From Alphaproteobacteria bacterium (lineage in GTDB: Bacteria; Pseudomonadota; Alphaproteobacteria; MPNO01), in assembly GCA_964291675.2 (NCBI GenBank), contig OZ219866.1, positions 480,001 through 544,000 of the forward strand: DNA of 64,000 nucleotides, written 5' to 3'. Below the pieces are notes generated by a model. The model did not search any database. It saw only the letters and a program-made list of their open reading frames with translations, and was not told the DNA's origin. The first letter of the stretch is position 1. Every line of letters starts with the position of its first letter. The position numbers were made by a program, and so were the translations under genes. Positions 1-13,874 of the stretch are shown here, in pieces.

Positions 1-1557
1 CAGCGCCAGACGCGCCCCGGGGAAGGTCTCGGCCGCCTCCTCGCTGAGCCGCTCGACGCCCGGGCCGCAGGCGACGAAGGCGTCCTCGGCCGCGCATTCC
101 GGGCAGGCACCGGGCGGCGGCGTGGAGAAGCCGCAATGGTGGCATTGCAGCTTGCGCGCGAGCCGGTGATCCACCAGCCAGGCGCTGCATTGCGGGCACT
201 CGATCCGGTGCCCGCAGCCGCGGCAGAGGGTAAGCGGCGCATAGCCCCTGCGGTTGAGGAACAACAGCGCCTGCTCGCCCGCGTCCAGCGTCCGCGCCAC
301 CGCCTCGCGCAGGCGCGGCGACAGCCAGGTCTGGGGCGCCATCGTCTGTTCGCGCATGTCGATCGCCGCTATCTCCGGCAGCGCCGTGCCGCCGAAGCGC
401 TCGGGGAGGGAGATCCGCCCGTAGCGCCCGCGGCGGACATTGACCACGGTCTCCAGCGTCGGCGTGGCCGAGGCGAGGACGATGGGGCAGGCCGCGTCCC
501 GCGCCCGCACGATCGCTATGTCGCGGGCGTTGTAGATCACCCCGTCTTCCTGCTTGAAGCTGGAATCGTGCTCCTCGTCGACGACGATCAGGCCGAGCTC
601 GGGAAACGGCAGGAACAATGCGGACCGCGCGCCGACGACGACCCGTGCCCTGCCGCCGGAGACCGCGCGCCAGGTCTCGCGCCGGCGCGAGCCCGTGACC
701 TCGGAGTGCCAATGCAGCGGCGGTGCCCCGAAGCGGTCCTCGAAACGCCGCAGCCAATCGACGGTGAGCGCGATTTCGGGCAGCAGCACGAGCACCTGCC
801 GTTCGCGCGCCAACGCCGCGGCGATCGCTTCGAAATAGACTTCGGTCTTGCCGGAGCCGGTGATCCCGTCGAGCAGCGTGATCGAATCGGACACCCCGGC
901 GGCGATCGCTCCCCGGAGACGCCGGGCGGCGGCGTCCTGGGCCGGGCTGAGGACGGGCCCCCTCCGCCGCCAGTCCGGCGGCTCGATCTCCATCGCGGGT
1001 TCGACGGAGACGGCGCGCACCAGCCCGTGCTCGACCAGGCCGCGCACCACGCCGGCGCCGCTGCCGGTCGCGCGGGCGATCTCGGCGGCCCGGCAGGCGC
1101 GGCCGTGAGCGAGGAAATCGAGCACGCGCTTGCGCGCGGCGGTCAACCGGACCCCGTCTTGCGCGCCGGACGGGTCGAGCGCATAGGCCGTCTCCAACCG
1201 TGGGGGGTCGAGCGCCTGGGGTACGCTCATCGCCATGCGCAGCACCGCCCCCGGCGGCGACATCGTGTAAGTGGCCGTCCAGTCGACGGTGCGCAGCAGA
1301 TCGGCCGGAAGCGGCGGCACGTCGAGCACGGCGGCGATATCGCGGAGCTTCGCCTCGTCGACATCGCCCCCGGGCTCGCCCCACACCACGCCGGTCACTT
1401 CGCGCGCGCCCAAGGGCACGCGGACGAACCGCCCGGGGGCGAGTTCCATGCCTTCGGGCACGCGATAGTCATAGGCGCCGGCGACCGGCAGCGGCACCAG
1501 AACGGCGGCCCGGGCGGAGTCGATTCGCGACGCTGTCCTGACAAGGCCGGGCTTCAT
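1..1557 (-). CDS. priA: Primosomal protein N' (PriA), 3' end runs off the window
   Basis: Not in the ORF track (no stop in window). Manual reverse-strand translation from ATG 1557 gives VLVPLPVAGAYDYRVP, Walker A LLDGITGSGKTE, IVVDEEHDSSFKQED and Cys-pair Zn motifs near the window edge. Confidence 0.95.
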   Translation of the reverse strand, partial: MKPGLVRTASRIDSARAAVLVPLPVAGAYDYRVPEGMELAPGRFVRVPLGAREVTGVVWGEPGGDVDEAKLRDIAAVLDVPPLPADLLRTVDWTATYTMSPPGAVLRMAMSVPQALDPPRLETAYALDPSGAQDGVRLTAARKRVLDFLAHGRACRAAEIARATGSGAGVVRGLVEHGLVRAVSVEPAMEIEPPDWRRRGPVLSPAQDAAARRLRGAIAAGVSDSITLLDGITGSGKTEVYFEAIAAALARERQVLVLLPEIALTVDWLRRFEDRFGAPPLHWHSEVTGSRRRETWRAVSGGRARVVVGARSALFLPFPELGLIVVDEEHDSSFKQEDGVIYNARDIAIVRARDAACPIVLASATPTLETVVNVRRGRYGRISLPERFGGTALPEIAAIDMREQTMAPQTWLSPRLREAVARTLDAGEQALLFLNRRGYAPLTLCRGCGHRIECPQCSAWLVDHRLARKLQCHHCGFSTPPPGACPECAAEDAFVACGPGVERLSEEAAETFPGARLAL

Positions 1558-1570
1558 GCTCTACACTCTA
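1538..1570. promoter_or_regulatory. Divergent promoter with overlapping -10 elements (fsa-DUF484-xerC and priA)
   Basis: + strand CTGACA(1538-43)-N18-TACACT(1562-67); - strand TAGAGT(1570-65) lies 7 nt upstream of the priA ATG. Confidence 0.5.
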
Positions 1571-1622
1571 AGCGGTCGTTCCGAGGCGTCCACGCCGCGT
1601 CTCCGGGCAGGAAGGAGCCGCT

Positions 1623-2285
1623 ATGAAGTTCTTCGTCGACACGGCGGATGTTGGCGAGATTCGCGACCTCGCGGCGACCGGCCTCCTCGACGGCGTGACC
1701 ACGAATCCCTCTCTGGTCGCCAAGTCGGGCCGGCCCTTTCTGGAGATCATCCGCGAGATCTGCGAGGTGGTCGACGGCCCGGTGAGCGCCGAGGTCGCCG
1801 CGACCGATCATCCGACGATGCTGTCCGAAGGCCGCAAGCTCGCCCAGCTTGCCGGCAACGTCGCGGTCAAGGTGCCGCTGACGCCCGACGGCCTCAGGAC
1901 CTGCCGGGCGCTCGCCGATGACGGGGTGATGGTCAACGTTACCCTGTGCTTCTCGGCCAGCCAGTCGATCCTCGCCGCCAAGGCCGGCGCCGCCTTCGTT
2001 TCGCCCTTCATCGGCCGTCTCGACGACATCAGCCGCGACGGCATGGGGCTGATCGAGGATATCCGTATGATCTACGACAACTACGAGACGTTTTCGACCG
2101 AGATCCTGGTCGCCTCCGTCCGCAGCCCCAACCATGTCGCGGAAGCCGCCAAGCTCGGCGCCGACGTGGCGACCATTCCGCCCGGCGTCCTTCGCCAGCT
2201 GTTCAACCATCCGCTGACCGACAAGGGTCTTGACGCGTTTCTCGCCGACTGGGCCGCGACCGGCCAGTCCATTCTCGACGCCTGA
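1623..2285 (+). CDS. fsa: Transaldolase / fructose-6-phosphate aldolase (short TalC/Fsa type)
   Basis: [39 protein letters not shown]; 220 aa; GGAG RBS. Confidence 0.93.
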   Translation: MKFFVDTADVGEIRDLAATGLLDGVTTNPSLVAKSGRPFLEIIREICEVVDGPVSAEVAATDHPTMLSEGRKLAQLAGNVAVKVPLTPDGLRTCRALADDGVMVNVTLCFSASQSILAAKAGAAFVSPFIGRLDDISRDGMGLIEDIRMIYDNYETFSTEILVASVRSPNHVAEAAKLGADVATIPPGVLRQLFNHPLTDKGLDAFLADWAATGQSILDA

Positions 2286-2289
2286 GGCG

Positions 2290-2991
2290 ATGCCCAAAGC
2301 CATCGACGACCCGACGCTGGGCGCGAAACCCGAGCTGACCGCCGAAGACATCCGCGACTGGCTCGCCGCCAACCCCGACTTCCTGGACCGGAATGCGGAC
2401 CTTCTGGTCGCGCAGGACGCGCGCCATGCCGACGACATACCCGGCGTCGTCGATCTCCGGCGGCACATCCTGGAAGGGCTGAGGCGCAGCCTCGAACGCC
2501 AGAAGGCGCGGGAGCGGGAGATCCTGCTCGCCGCGGAGGACCGGGCGCGAGCGGTCGCGCGGACGCAGGACGCGGTGCTCGCGGTGCTCCGGCAGACCTC
2601 GCTCGGGGGGCTTGCCCAGCGGGTCGCCTCGCAGTTTCCGGTCCTGTTCTCGACCACCGCGGCGGCGCTCGTGGTGGAAGGCGGCCTCGGGGCCGGGCAG
2701 GGGGAGCTGCTGGCGCTTCCGACGGACGTGATGGACACCCTGATCCCGCCGGGCAAGACGGCTCGCCTCGGACGGGCGACCGACGCCGACCGGTGCGCGC
2801 TCGGCGACCGGTTCTCGCTGGTCGAATCGCTGGCGGCGATCCGTCTCCAGACCCGGCACGGCCGCTTCGCCCTGGTCCTGGGTTCGTCGACCGCGGACGA
2901 GTTTGCGCCGGACCAGGGGACCGACCTCCTCGACTTTCTCGGCAGCGTTCTCGAGCACGCGATCGACAGATGGCCGCGCCGCCGGCGCTAG
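2290..2991 (+). CDS. DUF484 family protein
   Basis: IRDWLAANPDFL...VVDL, C-terminal FAPDQGTDLLDFL; conserved position upstream of xerC. Confidence 0.85.
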   Translation: MPKAIDDPTLGAKPELTAEDIRDWLAANPDFLDRNADLLVAQDARHADDIPGVVDLRRHILEGLRRSLERQKAREREILLAAEDRARAVARTQDAVLAVLRQTSLGGLAQRVASQFPVLFSTTAAALVVEGGLGAGQGELLALPTDVMDTLIPPGKTARLGRATDADRCALGDRFSLVESLAAIRLQTRHGRFALVLGSSTADEFAPDQGTDLLDFLGSVLEHAIDRWPRRRR

Positions 2992-3920
2992 CCCGCTTCG
3001 CCGCCGCGCCCGACCTCGCCGAGGCGATCGCCGCGTGGCAGATCTGGCTCGAGACCGAACGCCGCGTTTCCGCCCACACGACCGCGGCCTATCTCGGCGA
3101 TCTGAAGACCTTTCTCGACTTCGTCGCCGAACACAGAGGCGGGTTCGCCGGTCTCGCGGTCCTGGAGTCCCTGGAACACGGCGACTTCCGGTCCTATCTC
3201 GCGCAGCGGGCGATGAACGACCGGGCGCGTAGCTCGACCGCGCGTGCGCTGTCGGTGTTGCGCAGCTTCTTTCGATTTCTCGAACGCACCGAGCGGGCGC
3301 GGAACGGCGCGATCTCGGCGGTCAGGACGCCCCGCCTGCCGCACACGGTGCCGAAACCCGTCGCCGCCCGGGACGCGCTTGCGATGATCGCCCTGGCCGG
3401 CGACACGGCACGCAAGAAGCCGTGGATCGCGGCGCGCGACACCGCGCTTCTCCTCCTGCTCTACGGCGCCGGGCTGCGCATCGACGAAGCGCTCGGCCTC
3501 GACGCCGACCGGACCCCGTCGGGCGAGTCCCTGCGCATCCTCGGCAAGGGCGGCAAGGAACGCATCGTGCCGATCCTTCCGGCGGTGCGCGAGGCGGTGG
3601 CGGCCTATGTCGAGGCCTGCCCGTTCGCCCTGCGCGACGGTCCCCTGTTCCGCGGCGCGCGCGGCGGACGGCTGAATGCCGGCGTCGTGCAGCGCGAGCT
3701 GCGCACGATCCGCGGCGCCCTCGGCCTTCCCGAAACCGCGACGCCGCACGCCCTGCGCCACAGCTTCGCGACCCACCTGCTACAGGCGGGCGGCGATCTG
3801 CGCGCGATTCAGGAGCTTCTGGGCCACGCCTCGCTGTCGACCACGCAGCGCTACACGGAGGTCGACACGGCGACGCTGGTCGCGGTCTATAACGACGCCC
3901 ACCCCCGCGCGCGCGGCTGA
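2970..3920 (+). CDS. xerC: Tyrosine recombinase XerC
   Basis: SAHTTAAY, LYGAGLRIDE, GKGGKER, TPHALRHSFATHLL, LLGHASLSTTQRYT (R-K-H-R-H-Y set intact); DUF484 neighbour. Confidence 0.93.
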   Translation: MAAPPALARFAAAPDLAEAIAAWQIWLETERRVSAHTTAAYLGDLKTFLDFVAEHRGGFAGLAVLESLEHGDFRSYLAQRAMNDRARSSTARALSVLRSFFRFLERTERARNGAISAVRTPRLPHTVPKPVAARDALAMIALAGDTARKKPWIAARDTALLLLLYGAGLRIDEALGLDADRTPSGESLRILGKGGKERIVPILPAVREAVAAYVEACPFALRDGPLFRGARGGRLNAGVVQRELRTIRGALGLPETATPHALRHSFATHLLQAGGDLRAIQELLGHASLSTTQRYTEVDTATLVAVYNDAHPRARG

Positions 3921-3941
3921 CTCCGCCGCCCCGCCGGCATT

Positions 3942-5357
3942 TCAGATGTGGATCTCGCGGCCCTCGACCGCGAGCGCGGCCTCCTTGATCGCCTCGTTCA
4001 GCGTCGGATGGGCATGACAGGTGCGGGCGATATCCTCCGCCGAGGCGCCGAACTCGATGGCGAGCGCAAGCTCGGCGATCATCGTGCCCGCTTCGTGTCC
4101 GACGATATGGGCGCCGAGCAGCGCATCCGTCTCGGCGTCGGCGAGGATCTTCACGAAGCCGTCGACCGTCGCCTTGCTGCGCGCGCGTGCGTTGGCGGTG
4201 AACGGGAACCGGCCCACCCGGACCCGCCGACCCTGCTCGTGCAGCGCCTCTTCGGTCGCGCCCACCGAGGCGGCTTCGGGCTCGGTGTAGACCACGCCGG
4301 GGATGGCATCATAGTTGACGTGCCCGGCCTGGCCCGCCATCAGCTCCACCGCCGCGATCCCTTCCTCCTCCGCCTTGTGCGCCAGCATCGGGCCGGGGAT
4401 CGCATCGCCGATCGCGAAAATCCCCTTCGCATCGGTCTCGAAGCGTGCGTCCACGGCGATGAATCCGCGCGCGTCGCGCCGGACGCCCGCCTCCTCCAGC
4501 CCGAGACCTTGCGTGCACGGCCGGCGGCCGACGGCGACCAGAACGACATCGCAGTCGATGGTCTCGGCGTCGCCGCCGCCGGCGGGCGCGACGGCGATCC
4601 GCAGCCCGCCGCCGTGCCGCTTGGCCCCGGCCACCTGGGTGCCGGTCCGCAACGTCATCCCCTGCCTGGCGAGCGCACGGGTCATCTGCCGGGCGACCTC
4701 GCCGTCCATCGTCGGCAGGATCGTCTCCATGTACTCGACCACCGTCACCCTTGCGCCCAGGCGGCTCCAGACGGAGCCCATTTCGAGCCCGATATAGCCG
4801 CCGCCCACCACCACCATCCGGTCGGGCACGGCGGAGAGCGAGAGCGCCCCGGTCGAGGACAGGATGCGCTCCTCGTCGATCTCGAGCCCGTCGAGCGCCG
4901 CGGTCTCCGAACCGGTGGCGATCAGGATACGGTCGCCTTCGAGGGTGCGGGCCGGCGCGCCGCCATCCCCCGGGCGGACCGCGACACGGCCGGGGCCGGC
5001 GATCCGCGCGCGGCCGAGGATGGGCTCGATCCCGTTCTTCCTGAACAGGAAGGCGACCCCCTTGGTCAAATCCTCGACCACCTTGTCCTTGCGGGCGAGC
5101 ATCGCGGGCAGGTCGAGGGAAACGCCGTCGACCGCGACCCCGTGTTCGGCCAGCCGGTCGCGCGCCTCGACATAGCGTTCGGACGATTCGAGCAGCGCCT
5201 TGGAGGGAATGCAGCCGACATTGAGGCAGGTGCCGCCCAGGCTCGCGCGCTTGTCGATGCAGGCGACGGAGAAGCCGAGCTGGGCCGCGCGTATCGCCGC
5301 GCTGTAGCCGCCCGGACCGGCGCCGATGACGATCAGGTCGTAACGCTTGTCTGGCAC
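3942..5357 (-). CDS. lpdA: Dihydrolipoyl dehydrogenase (E3)
   Basis: GAGPGGY, GGTCLNVGCIPSK redox disulfide, HAHPTLNE; follows sucB. Confidence 0.96.
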   Translation of the reverse strand: MPDKRYDLIVIGAGPGGYSAAIRAAQLGFSVACIDKRASLGGTCLNVGCIPSKALLESSERYVEARDRLAEHGVAVDGVSLDLPAMLARKDKVVEDLTKGVAFLFRKNGIEPILGRARIAGPGRVAVRPGDGGAPARTLEGDRILIATGSETAALDGLEIDEERILSSTGALSLSAVPDRMVVVGGGYIGLEMGSVWSRLGARVTVVEYMETILPTMDGEVARQMTRALARQGMTLRTGTQVAGAKRHGGGLRIAVAPAGGGDAETIDCDVVLVAVGRRPCTQGLGLEEAGVRRDARGFIAVDARFETDAKGIFAIGDAIPGPMLAHKAEEEGIAAVELMAGQAGHVNYDAIPGVVYTEPEAASVGATEEALHEQGRRVRVGRFPFTANARARSKATVDGFVKILADAETDALLGAHIVGHEAGTMIAELALAIEFGASAEDIARTCHAHPTLNEAIKEAALAVEGREIHI

Positions 5358-5367
5358 GGATCGGTTC

Positions 5368-6612
5368 TCAGGCTTCGAGCAGGATGCGCTCCGGATCCTC
5401 GATGCACTCCTTGATGCGGACCAGGAAGGTCACCGCCTCGCGGCCGTCGACGATGCGGTGATCGTAGGAGAGCGCGAGATACATCATCGGGCGCACCGTC
5501 ATCTCGTCCTCCACGACGACCGGCCGCTTCTCGATCTTGTGCATGCCGAGAATGCCCGACTGCGGCGGGTTGAGGATCGGGGTCGAGAGCAGCGAGCCGT
5601 AGACGCCGCCATTGGTCACGGTGAACGTGCCGCCGGTCAGGTCCTCCATCGAGAGCCTGCCCTCGCGCGCCCGGGCCGAGAGATCGGCGATACCCGCCTC
5701 GATGCCGGCGAAGGACAGCGCATCGGCGTCGCGCAGCACCGGCACCACGAGCCCCTGCTCGGTGCCGACGGCAACCGCGATGTCGTAGTGGTTCTTGTAG
5801 ACGATGTCGGTCCCGTCGACCTCCGCGTTGACCGCCGGCACCTCCTTGAGCGCGACCACCGCGGCCTTGACGAAAAAGCTCATGAAACCGAGGCGCACGC
5901 CGTGCCTCTTCTCGAAGGCCTCGCGCAGCCGCGCGCGCACCGCGATGACCGCGGACATGTCGACCTCGTTGAAGGTGGTCAGCATGGCGGCGGTGTTCTG
6001 GGCCTCCTTGAGGCGTTCGGCGATGCGCTGGCGCAGCCGCGTCATCGGCACGCGCTCCTCGCGCGCGGCGGCGGGGAAGGGGGCGACCCGGGCGGCAGCA
6101 GGATCGGGGGCGGGGGTCGCGGCCGGGGCCGGGGCCGGGGCCGCGTCGCCGTCCGCGTCGGCACTGCCGGCGAAATGGGCCAGAACGTCGCCCTTGGTCA
6201 GCCGCCCGTCCTTGCCCGTTCCCGCGATCTGCGCCGGGTCGAGCGCGTGCTCCTCGACCAGCTTGCGGACCGCGGGCGACAGCGCCTGCGGCGCCTCGGG
6301 CGACGCTGCGGGCTCGGGCTCCGGCGGCGGCGGGGAAGGGGCCGGGGGGGCCGAAGGCGGCGCGGCGGCGCTGCCCGCTGCCTCGATCTGGCCGAGAACG
6401 GCGCCGACCTCGACGGTCTGGCCCTCTGCGACCTCGATCGCGCCCAGCACGCCGGCGGAAGCGGCCGGCACTTCGAGCGTGATCTTGTCGGTCTCGAGCT
6501 CGACCAGCGGCTCGTCCATGACGACCGCATCGCCGGCCGATTTGAGCCATTTGGAGACGGTCGCTTCGGTCACCGATTCGCCGAGCGCGGGCACAACGAT
6601 CTGGGTCGCCAT
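5368..6612 (-). CDS. sucB: 2-oxoglutarate dehydrogenase E2 (dihydrolipoyl succinyltransferase)
   Basis: [17 protein letters not shown], lipoyl ELETDKIT, E3-binding [16 protein letters not shown]; real start is inside ORF 5368..9018. Confidence 0.96.
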   Translation of the reverse strand: MATQIVVPALGESVTEATVSKWLKSAGDAVVMDEPLVELETDKITLEVPAASAGVLGAIEVAEGQTVEVGAVLGQIEAAGSAAAPPSAPPAPSPPPPEPEPAASPEAPQALSPAVRKLVEEHALDPAQIAGTGKDGRLTKGDVLAHFAGSADADGDAAPAPAPAATPAPDPAAARVAPFPAAAREERVPMTRLRQRIAERLKEAQNTAAMLTTFNEVDMSAVIAVRARLREAFEKRHGVRLGFMSFFVKAAVVALKEVPAVNAEVDGTDIVYKNHYDIAVAVGTEQGLVVPVLRDADALSFAGIEAGIADLSARAREGRLSMEDLTGGTFTVTNGGVYGSLLSTPILNPPQSGILGMHKIEKRPVVVEDEMTVRPMMYLALSYDHRIVDGREAVTFLVRIKECIEDPERILLEA

Positions 6613-6671
6613 GGCTTCCTCTTTCTGCCGGTCGTGGGGAACCTGGCGGCGTCCCCGGTGGCGGGGCGGCG

Positions 6672-9500
6672 CTAGGCTGCGGCCAATGCCTCGTGGATCA
6701 GGCCCTTCTGTTCGCGGGCGTGCTGGGCGGCCAGCCCCGTCGCCGTCGAGGCGGCCTCGGGACGGCCGGCATAGACGGGCCGCGTGGCCCGAACGTCGAG
6801 TGTCGCAAGAAGCTCCTCGATCCGCCGGTCCATGTAGGTCCAGCCGCCCATGTTGCGCGGCTCCTCCTGGCACCACACGACCTGCGCGGAAGGATAGCGC
6901 GAGAGCTCCGCCCCGAGCGAGATGTTCGGGAAGGGGTAGAGCTGCTCGACCCTGACAAGGGCGATGTCGTCGATCTGCCGCTCTTCGCGGGCTGCCAGTA
7001 GGTCGTAATACACCTTGCCGCTGCACAGGACGACGCGGCGGATGTCCGCATCGGCCGCCGCCGTGCCGGGATCGGGGAGGACCCGGCGGAACGAGGACCC
7101 GGCGCACATGTCGTCGAGCCGCGAGACGCAAAGCTTGTGCCTGAGCAGCGACTTGGGCGTCATGACGATCAAAGGCTTGCGGAACTTGCGATGGATCTGC
7201 CGCCTCAGCGCGTGGAAGTAGTTGGCCGGGGTGGTGATGTTGCAGACCTGCATGTTGTCGTCGCCGCAAAGCTGGAGGTAGCGCTCGATGCGGGCCGAGG
7301 AATGCTCCGGCCCCTGGCCCTCGTAGCCATGCGGCAGCAGCATCACCAGCCCGGACATGCGCAGCCACTTGGTCTCGCCGGACGAGATGAACTGGTCGAT
7401 GATGAACTGCGCCCCGTTGGCGAAGTCGCCGAACTGCGCCTCCCACAGCACCAGCATGTTCGGGTCGGCGAGCGACATGCCGTATTCGAAGCCGAGCACC
7501 GAGGCCTCGGCCAGCGGGCTGTCGCGCACCGCGAGCCTCTCCTGCCGGTCGCAGACATGGGCGAGCGGCGTATAGGCTTCCTGGGTCTCCTGATCGATAA
7601 GCACCGCGTGGCGCTGGGAGAACGTCCCGCGGCGGCAGTCCTGGCCGCTGAGGCGCACGAAACGCCCCTCGGCGAGGATGGTGCCGAAGGCGAGCGCCTC
7701 GGCGGTCGCCCAGTCGACGCCCTCGCCGGTCTCGAACATCGCCCTGCGGGCGTCGATGAAGCGCTGGAGCTTGGGGTTGAGGTTGAAGCCCTCGGGAACC
7801 GCGCTCAGCGCGCGGCCCACCGCGTCGAGCGCTTCCCTTGTGACGGCGGTCTCGCCGCGCCGTTCCTCGAGCGACGGGGCGGTGGTGATCTCCGCCCATT
7901 CGCCCTCCAGCCAGTCCGCCTTGTTGGGCTTGTAGCTCTTGGCCGCCTCGAAAGCATCCTCCAGCCGCTGCCGGCACTCCCGGGTGACGCCGTCGACGGC
8001 CTCGCGGGTCAACAGGCCTTCCTCGACCAGCCGGTCGCCATAGACCGATGCGACGGTCGGATGGTCGGCGATCGCCCGGTACATCACGGGCTGGGTGAAG
8101 GCGGGCTCGTCGGACTCGTTGTGCCCGAAACGGCGATAGGACCAGATGTCGAGCACCACATCCTTGCGGAACTTGTCGCGGAATTCGGTCGCGATGCGCG
8201 CGACATGGATCACCGCCTCCACGTCGTCGCCGTTGACGTGGAAGATCGGCGCCTGCACGCATTTGGCGATTTCGGTCGGGTAGCGCGAGGCGCGCGTCGC
8301 CGCCGGGCTGGTGGTAAAGCCGATCTGGTTGTTGACCACGAGATGGATCGTCCCGCCGGTCCGGTAGCCCGCGATCTCCGACAGCCCGAAGGTCTCGGCG
8401 ACCATGCCCTGGCCGGCGAAGGCCGCGTCGCCGTGCATCAGGATGCCGATCACGCGGCGGCGCTCGCGGTCGCCGCGCTGGCGCTGCTTGGCCCGGACCT
8501 TGCCGACGACGACCGGATCGACGGCTTCGAGATGGGACGGGTTGGCGGCGAGCGAAAGATGCACCTTGATGCCGTCGAACTCGCGGTCGGCTGACGCTCC
8601 GAGATGATATTTTACGTCGCCCGAGCCGATCGATTCCGGCTGGTGCGACATGCCGCGGAATTCCGCGAATATCGCCGCATAGGGCTTCAGCATGACATGG
8701 GCGAGGACGTTGAGCCGCCCGCGATGCGGCATGCCGAGCACGACCTCCTCGACGCCGAGCTGGGTGCCCCGCTTGAGGATCTGTTCCAGCGCCGGGATCA
8801 GCGACTCGCTGCCGTCGAGCCCGAAGCGCTTGGTGCCGGGATAGCGCACATGGAGGAACCGCTCGAAGGATTCGGCCTCGACCAGACGTTCGTGAATGGT
8901 CTCCTTGCCGCGCTCGGTGAAATCGGTCCGGTTGTGGATCTCCTCGATGCGGTCCTGGATCCAGATCTTCTCCTCGGCCGAGGTGATGTGCATGTATTCC
9001 ACGCCGACCGTGCCGCAATAGGTCCGGCGCAGACGATCCACGATCTGGCGCAGCGTGGCGCGTTCGAAGCCGAGCGTGTTGACATAGATCGGCCGGTCGT
9101 GGTCCGCCTCGGTGAAGCCGTAGCTCTCGGGGTCGAGCTCGCTGTGCGGCGGATGCTTCTCGAGCCCGAGCGGGTCGAGGTCGCAGTACAGATGACCGCG
9201 CACGCGGTGCGAGCGGATCAGGGTCAGCGCCTGCAGCGAATCCCGCGTCGCCTGGCGCAGATCGACGCCATCGGCGGCGGGCGCGCCGGCCGGAGCCGCG
9301 GGCCGTTCCGCGTCGGTCGCCTGCCCGGGCGCATCGTCGAGCGCGCGGAGCACGCCCGGCGCCTCGTCGCGCAAATCGGCGAAGAACGCGGCCCAGTCGG
9401 CGTCGACCGATTCCGGGTCGGCGGCAAACCTGGCGTAGAGCTCCTCGATGAAGGGGGCGTTCGCGCCCGCAAGGAAGCTGGTGTCTGCGGGTTTGGTCAT
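6672..9500 (-). CDS. sucA: 2-oxoglutarate dehydrogenase E1
   Basis: [63 protein letters not shown]. Confidence 0.97.
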   Translation of the reverse strand: MTKPADTSFLAGANAPFIEELYARFAADPESVDADWAAFFADLRDEAPGVLRALDDAPGQATDAERPAAPAGAPAADGVDLRQATRDSLQALTLIRSHRVRGHLYCDLDPLGLEKHPPHSELDPESYGFTEADHDRPIYVNTLGFERATLRQIVDRLRRTYCGTVGVEYMHITSAEEKIWIQDRIEEIHNRTDFTERGKETIHERLVEAESFERFLHVRYPGTKRFGLDGSESLIPALEQILKRGTQLGVEEVVLGMPHRGRLNVLAHVMLKPYAAIFAEFRGMSHQPESIGSGDVKYHLGASADREFDGIKVHLSLAANPSHLEAVDPVVVGKVRAKQRQRGDRERRRVIGILMHGDAAFAGQGMVAETFGLSEIAGYRTGGTIHLVVNNQIGFTTSPAATRASRYPTEIAKCVQAPIFHVNGDDVEAVIHVARIATEFRDKFRKDVVLDIWSYRRFGHNESDEPAFTQPVMYRAIADHPTVASVYGDRLVEEGLLTREAVDGVTRECRQRLEDAFEAAKSYKPNKADWLEGEWAEITTAPSLEERRGETAVTREALDAVGRALSAVPEGFNLNPKLQRFIDARRAMFETGEGVDWATAEALAFGTILAEGRFVRLSGQDCRRGTFSQRHAVLIDQETQEAYTPLAHVCDRQERLAVRDSPLAEASVLGFEYGMSLADPNMLVLWEAQFGDFANGAQFIIDQFISSGETKWLRMSGLVMLLPHGYEGQGPEHSSARIERYLQLCGDDNMQVCNITTPANYFHALRRQIHRKFRKPLIVMTPKSLLRHKLCVSRLDDMCAGSSFRRVLPDPGTAAADADIRRVVLCSGKVYYDLLAAREERQIDDIALVRVEQLYPFPNISLGAELSRYPSAQVVWCQEEPRNMGGWTYMDRRIEELLATLDVRATRPVYAGRPEAASTATGLAAQHAREQKGLIHEALAAA

Positions 9501-9569
9501 GGGCTTTGGCTCAGCTCGTTGCTCCGTCTGCGCTACCGCAACGCGGGATCGCCGGTCCTGGGGCGGGGT

Positions 9570-10445
9570 TCAGCCCCGCATCGCCTCGGCCATGGTTTCG
9601 CCGATGGCGGCGGGAGAGGAGGCGACCCTTATGCCGGCGTCCCTGAAGGCTTCGATCTTGTCTCCCGCGGCGCCCTTGCCGCCCGAGATTATCGCGCCGG
9701 CATGCCCCATCCGGCGTCCGGGCGGGGCGGTCACACCGGCGATGAAGCCGACGATCGGCTTGCTGGTTTTCGATTGCTTGACGAACGACGCGGCGTCTTC
9801 CTCGGCGCCGCCGCCGATCTCGCCGATCAAGACGATGCCTTCGGTCTCCTCGTCCGCCAGAAAGGCTTCGAGGCAATCGACGAAGTCGGTGCCGTTCACC
9901 GGATCGCCACCGATCCCGACGCAGGTCGACTGGCCGAGCCCCGCCGCCGTGGTCTGCGCCACCGCCTCGTAGGTCAGGGTTCCCGAGCGCGAGACGATGC
10001 CGATCCTGCCGCGCAGGTGGATATGTCCCGGCATGATGCCGATCTTGCACTCGTCGGGCGTGATCACGCCCGGGCAGTTGGGGCCGATCAGCCGCGAGTC
10101 GGAGCCTTCGAGCACGCGCTTGACCCGCACCATGTCGATCACCGGGATACCCTCGGTGATACAGACGATCAGCGCGACTTCGGCCTCGATCGCCTCGAGG
10201 ATCGCATCGGCCGCGAAGGGCGGTGGGACGTAGATCACCGAGGCGTCCGCGCCGGTCCGTTCGACCGCCTCGGCTACGGTGTCGAACACGTCGAGGTCGA
10301 GATGCCTTGTGCCGCCCTTGCCGGGCGTCACCCCGCCGACCATCCGGGTTCCGTAGGCGATCGCCTGCTCGGAATGAAACGTGCCCTGCGCGCCGGTGAA
10401 GCCCTGGCAGATGACCCGGGTCTCGGCGCCGACGAAGACGGCCAT
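9570..10445 (-). CDS. sucD: Succinyl-CoA ligase alpha subunit
   Basis: [21 protein letters not shown] phospho-His motif. Confidence 0.97.
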   Translation of the reverse strand: MAVFVGAETRVICQGFTGAQGTFHSEQAIAYGTRMVGGVTPGKGGTRHLDLDVFDTVAEAVERTGADASVIYVPPPFAADAILEAIEAEVALIVCITEGIPVIDMVRVKRVLEGSDSRLIGPNCPGVITPDECKIGIMPGHIHLRGRIGIVSRSGTLTYEAVAQTTAAGLGQSTCVGIGGDPVNGTDFVDCLEAFLADEETEGIVLIGEIGGGAEEDAASFVKQSKTSKPIVGFIAGVTAPPGRRMGHAGAIISGGKGAAGDKIEAFRDAGIRVASSPAAIGETMAEAMRG

Positions 10446-11614
10446 CAGCCGGCCTCCCGCACGGCGTGGACCACGCGCTCGGCCGCTTCCGCGAGCGTAT
10501 CCGCCGAGATGATCAACAGCCCCGAATCCGCCAGAAGCTTCTTGCCCAGCTCCACATTGGTGCCGGCGAGGCGGACCACAAGGGGTACGTTGAGATTGAT
10601 CTCGCGCGCCGCCGCGACCACGCCTTCGGCGATGACGTCGCAGCGCATGATTCCGCCGAAGATGTTGACCAGGATACCTTCGACATGGGGATCGGAGAGG
10701 ATCAGCTTGAACGCCGCGGTCACCCGCTCGCGCGAGGCGCCGCCGCCGACATCGAGGAAGTTCGCGGGCTCGCCGCCATGCAGCTTGATGATGTCCATCG
10801 TCGCCATGGCCAGCCCGGCGCCGTTGACCATGCAGCCGATATTGCCGTCGAGCTTGATGTAGTTGAGGTCGTGCTTGAGCGCCTCGCGCTCCATCGCGTC
10901 CTCTTCGTCCTCGTCGCGCAGCTCGATCACGTCGGAATGCCGGAACAGCGCGTTGTCGTCGAACGCCATCTTGGCGTCGAGCGCGATCACCTCTCCGGCG
11001 CCGGTCACCACCAGCGGGTTGATCTCGACGATCGACGCGTCGAGCCCGATAAAGGCCTCGTAGATGCCGGTGATGAACCTCACCGCGTCGTTCAGCTGCC
11101 CGTCGCCGAGGGCGAGGCCGAAGGCGATCCGGCGTGCGTGGTGGGGCCGGATTCCGGTCGCGGGATCGATGTCGGCGGCGATGATCTTCTCGGGCGCATC
11201 GGCGGCGACCCGCTCGATCTCCATGCCGCCCTCGGTCGACGCCATGACGGTCACCCGGCCGGTCTCGCGGTCGACCAGCATGCCGAGATAGAGTTCGCGG
11301 GCGATGTCGCAGCCTTCCTCGACATAGACCCGCTTGACCCGGCGGCCTTCCGGCCCGGTCTGGTGGGTGACGAGGTTCATGCCGATCATCGCCTGGGCGG
11401 CGTCGCGCACGTCGTCGACCGACCGGACCACCCTGACCCCGCCGCCCTTGCCGCGCCCGCCGGCGTGGATCTGCGCCTTGACCACCCAGACCGGCCCGCC
11501 GAGCGCGTTCGCCGCATCGACCGCCTCGGCGGCGGTGTAGGCGACCTTGCCGCGCGGCACGGCGACGCCGTAGCGGGCGAGGAGCTGCTTCGCCTGGTAC
11601 TCGTGGATATTCAT
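10445..11614 (-). CDS. sucC: Succinyl-CoA ligase beta subunit
   Basis: [52 protein letters not shown]. Confidence 0.97.
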   Translation of the reverse strand: MNIHEYQAKQLLARYGVAVPRGKVAYTAAEAVDAANALGGPVWVVKAQIHAGGRGKGGGVRVVRSVDDVRDAAQAMIGMNLVTHQTGPEGRRVKRVYVEEGCDIARELYLGMLVDRETGRVTVMASTEGGMEIERVAADAPEKIIAADIDPATGIRPHHARRIAFGLALGDGQLNDAVRFITGIYEAFIGLDASIVEINPLVVTGAGEVIALDAKMAFDDNALFRHSDVIELRDEDEEDAMEREALKHDLNYIKLDGNIGCMVNGAGLAMATMDIIKLHGGEPANFLDVGGGASRERVTAAFKLILSDPHVEGILVNIFGGIMRCDVIAEGVVAAAREINLNVPLVVRLAGTNVELGKKLLADSGLLIISADTLAEAAERVVHAVREAG

Positions 11615-11633
11615 TGCGACCCCGCGTCGCGGA

Positions 11634-13806
<2,173 letters not shown>

Positions 13807-13874
13807 CGCATTCCGTGTCGGTGGAGACGTCTCGGCGGCGGATGGCGGCACTCTCTTCCGGTCCCCGTCCGCCG

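Noticed and set aside
136-1626. 496-aa + strand ORF, and other long ORFs such as 3948..5414, 8604..10862, 21830..24106, 27323..30313, 41198..43648, 54232..57486
   Set aside because: Antisense shadows of real genes, expected in high-GC DNA; no recognisable motifs.
2970-3920. Tyrosine recombinase as a phage or island integrase
   Set aside because: Size, motifs and the DUF484 neighbour identify housekeeping XerC; no att sites or phage genes.
6100-6150. GGCCGG tandem repeats
   Set aside because: They encode the ordinary Ala/Pro linker of SucB.
5368-9018. 1216-aa ORF suggesting a long SucB fusion
   Set aside because: The upstream part is an alternative frame overlapping sucA; sucB starts at 6612 with its own RBS.
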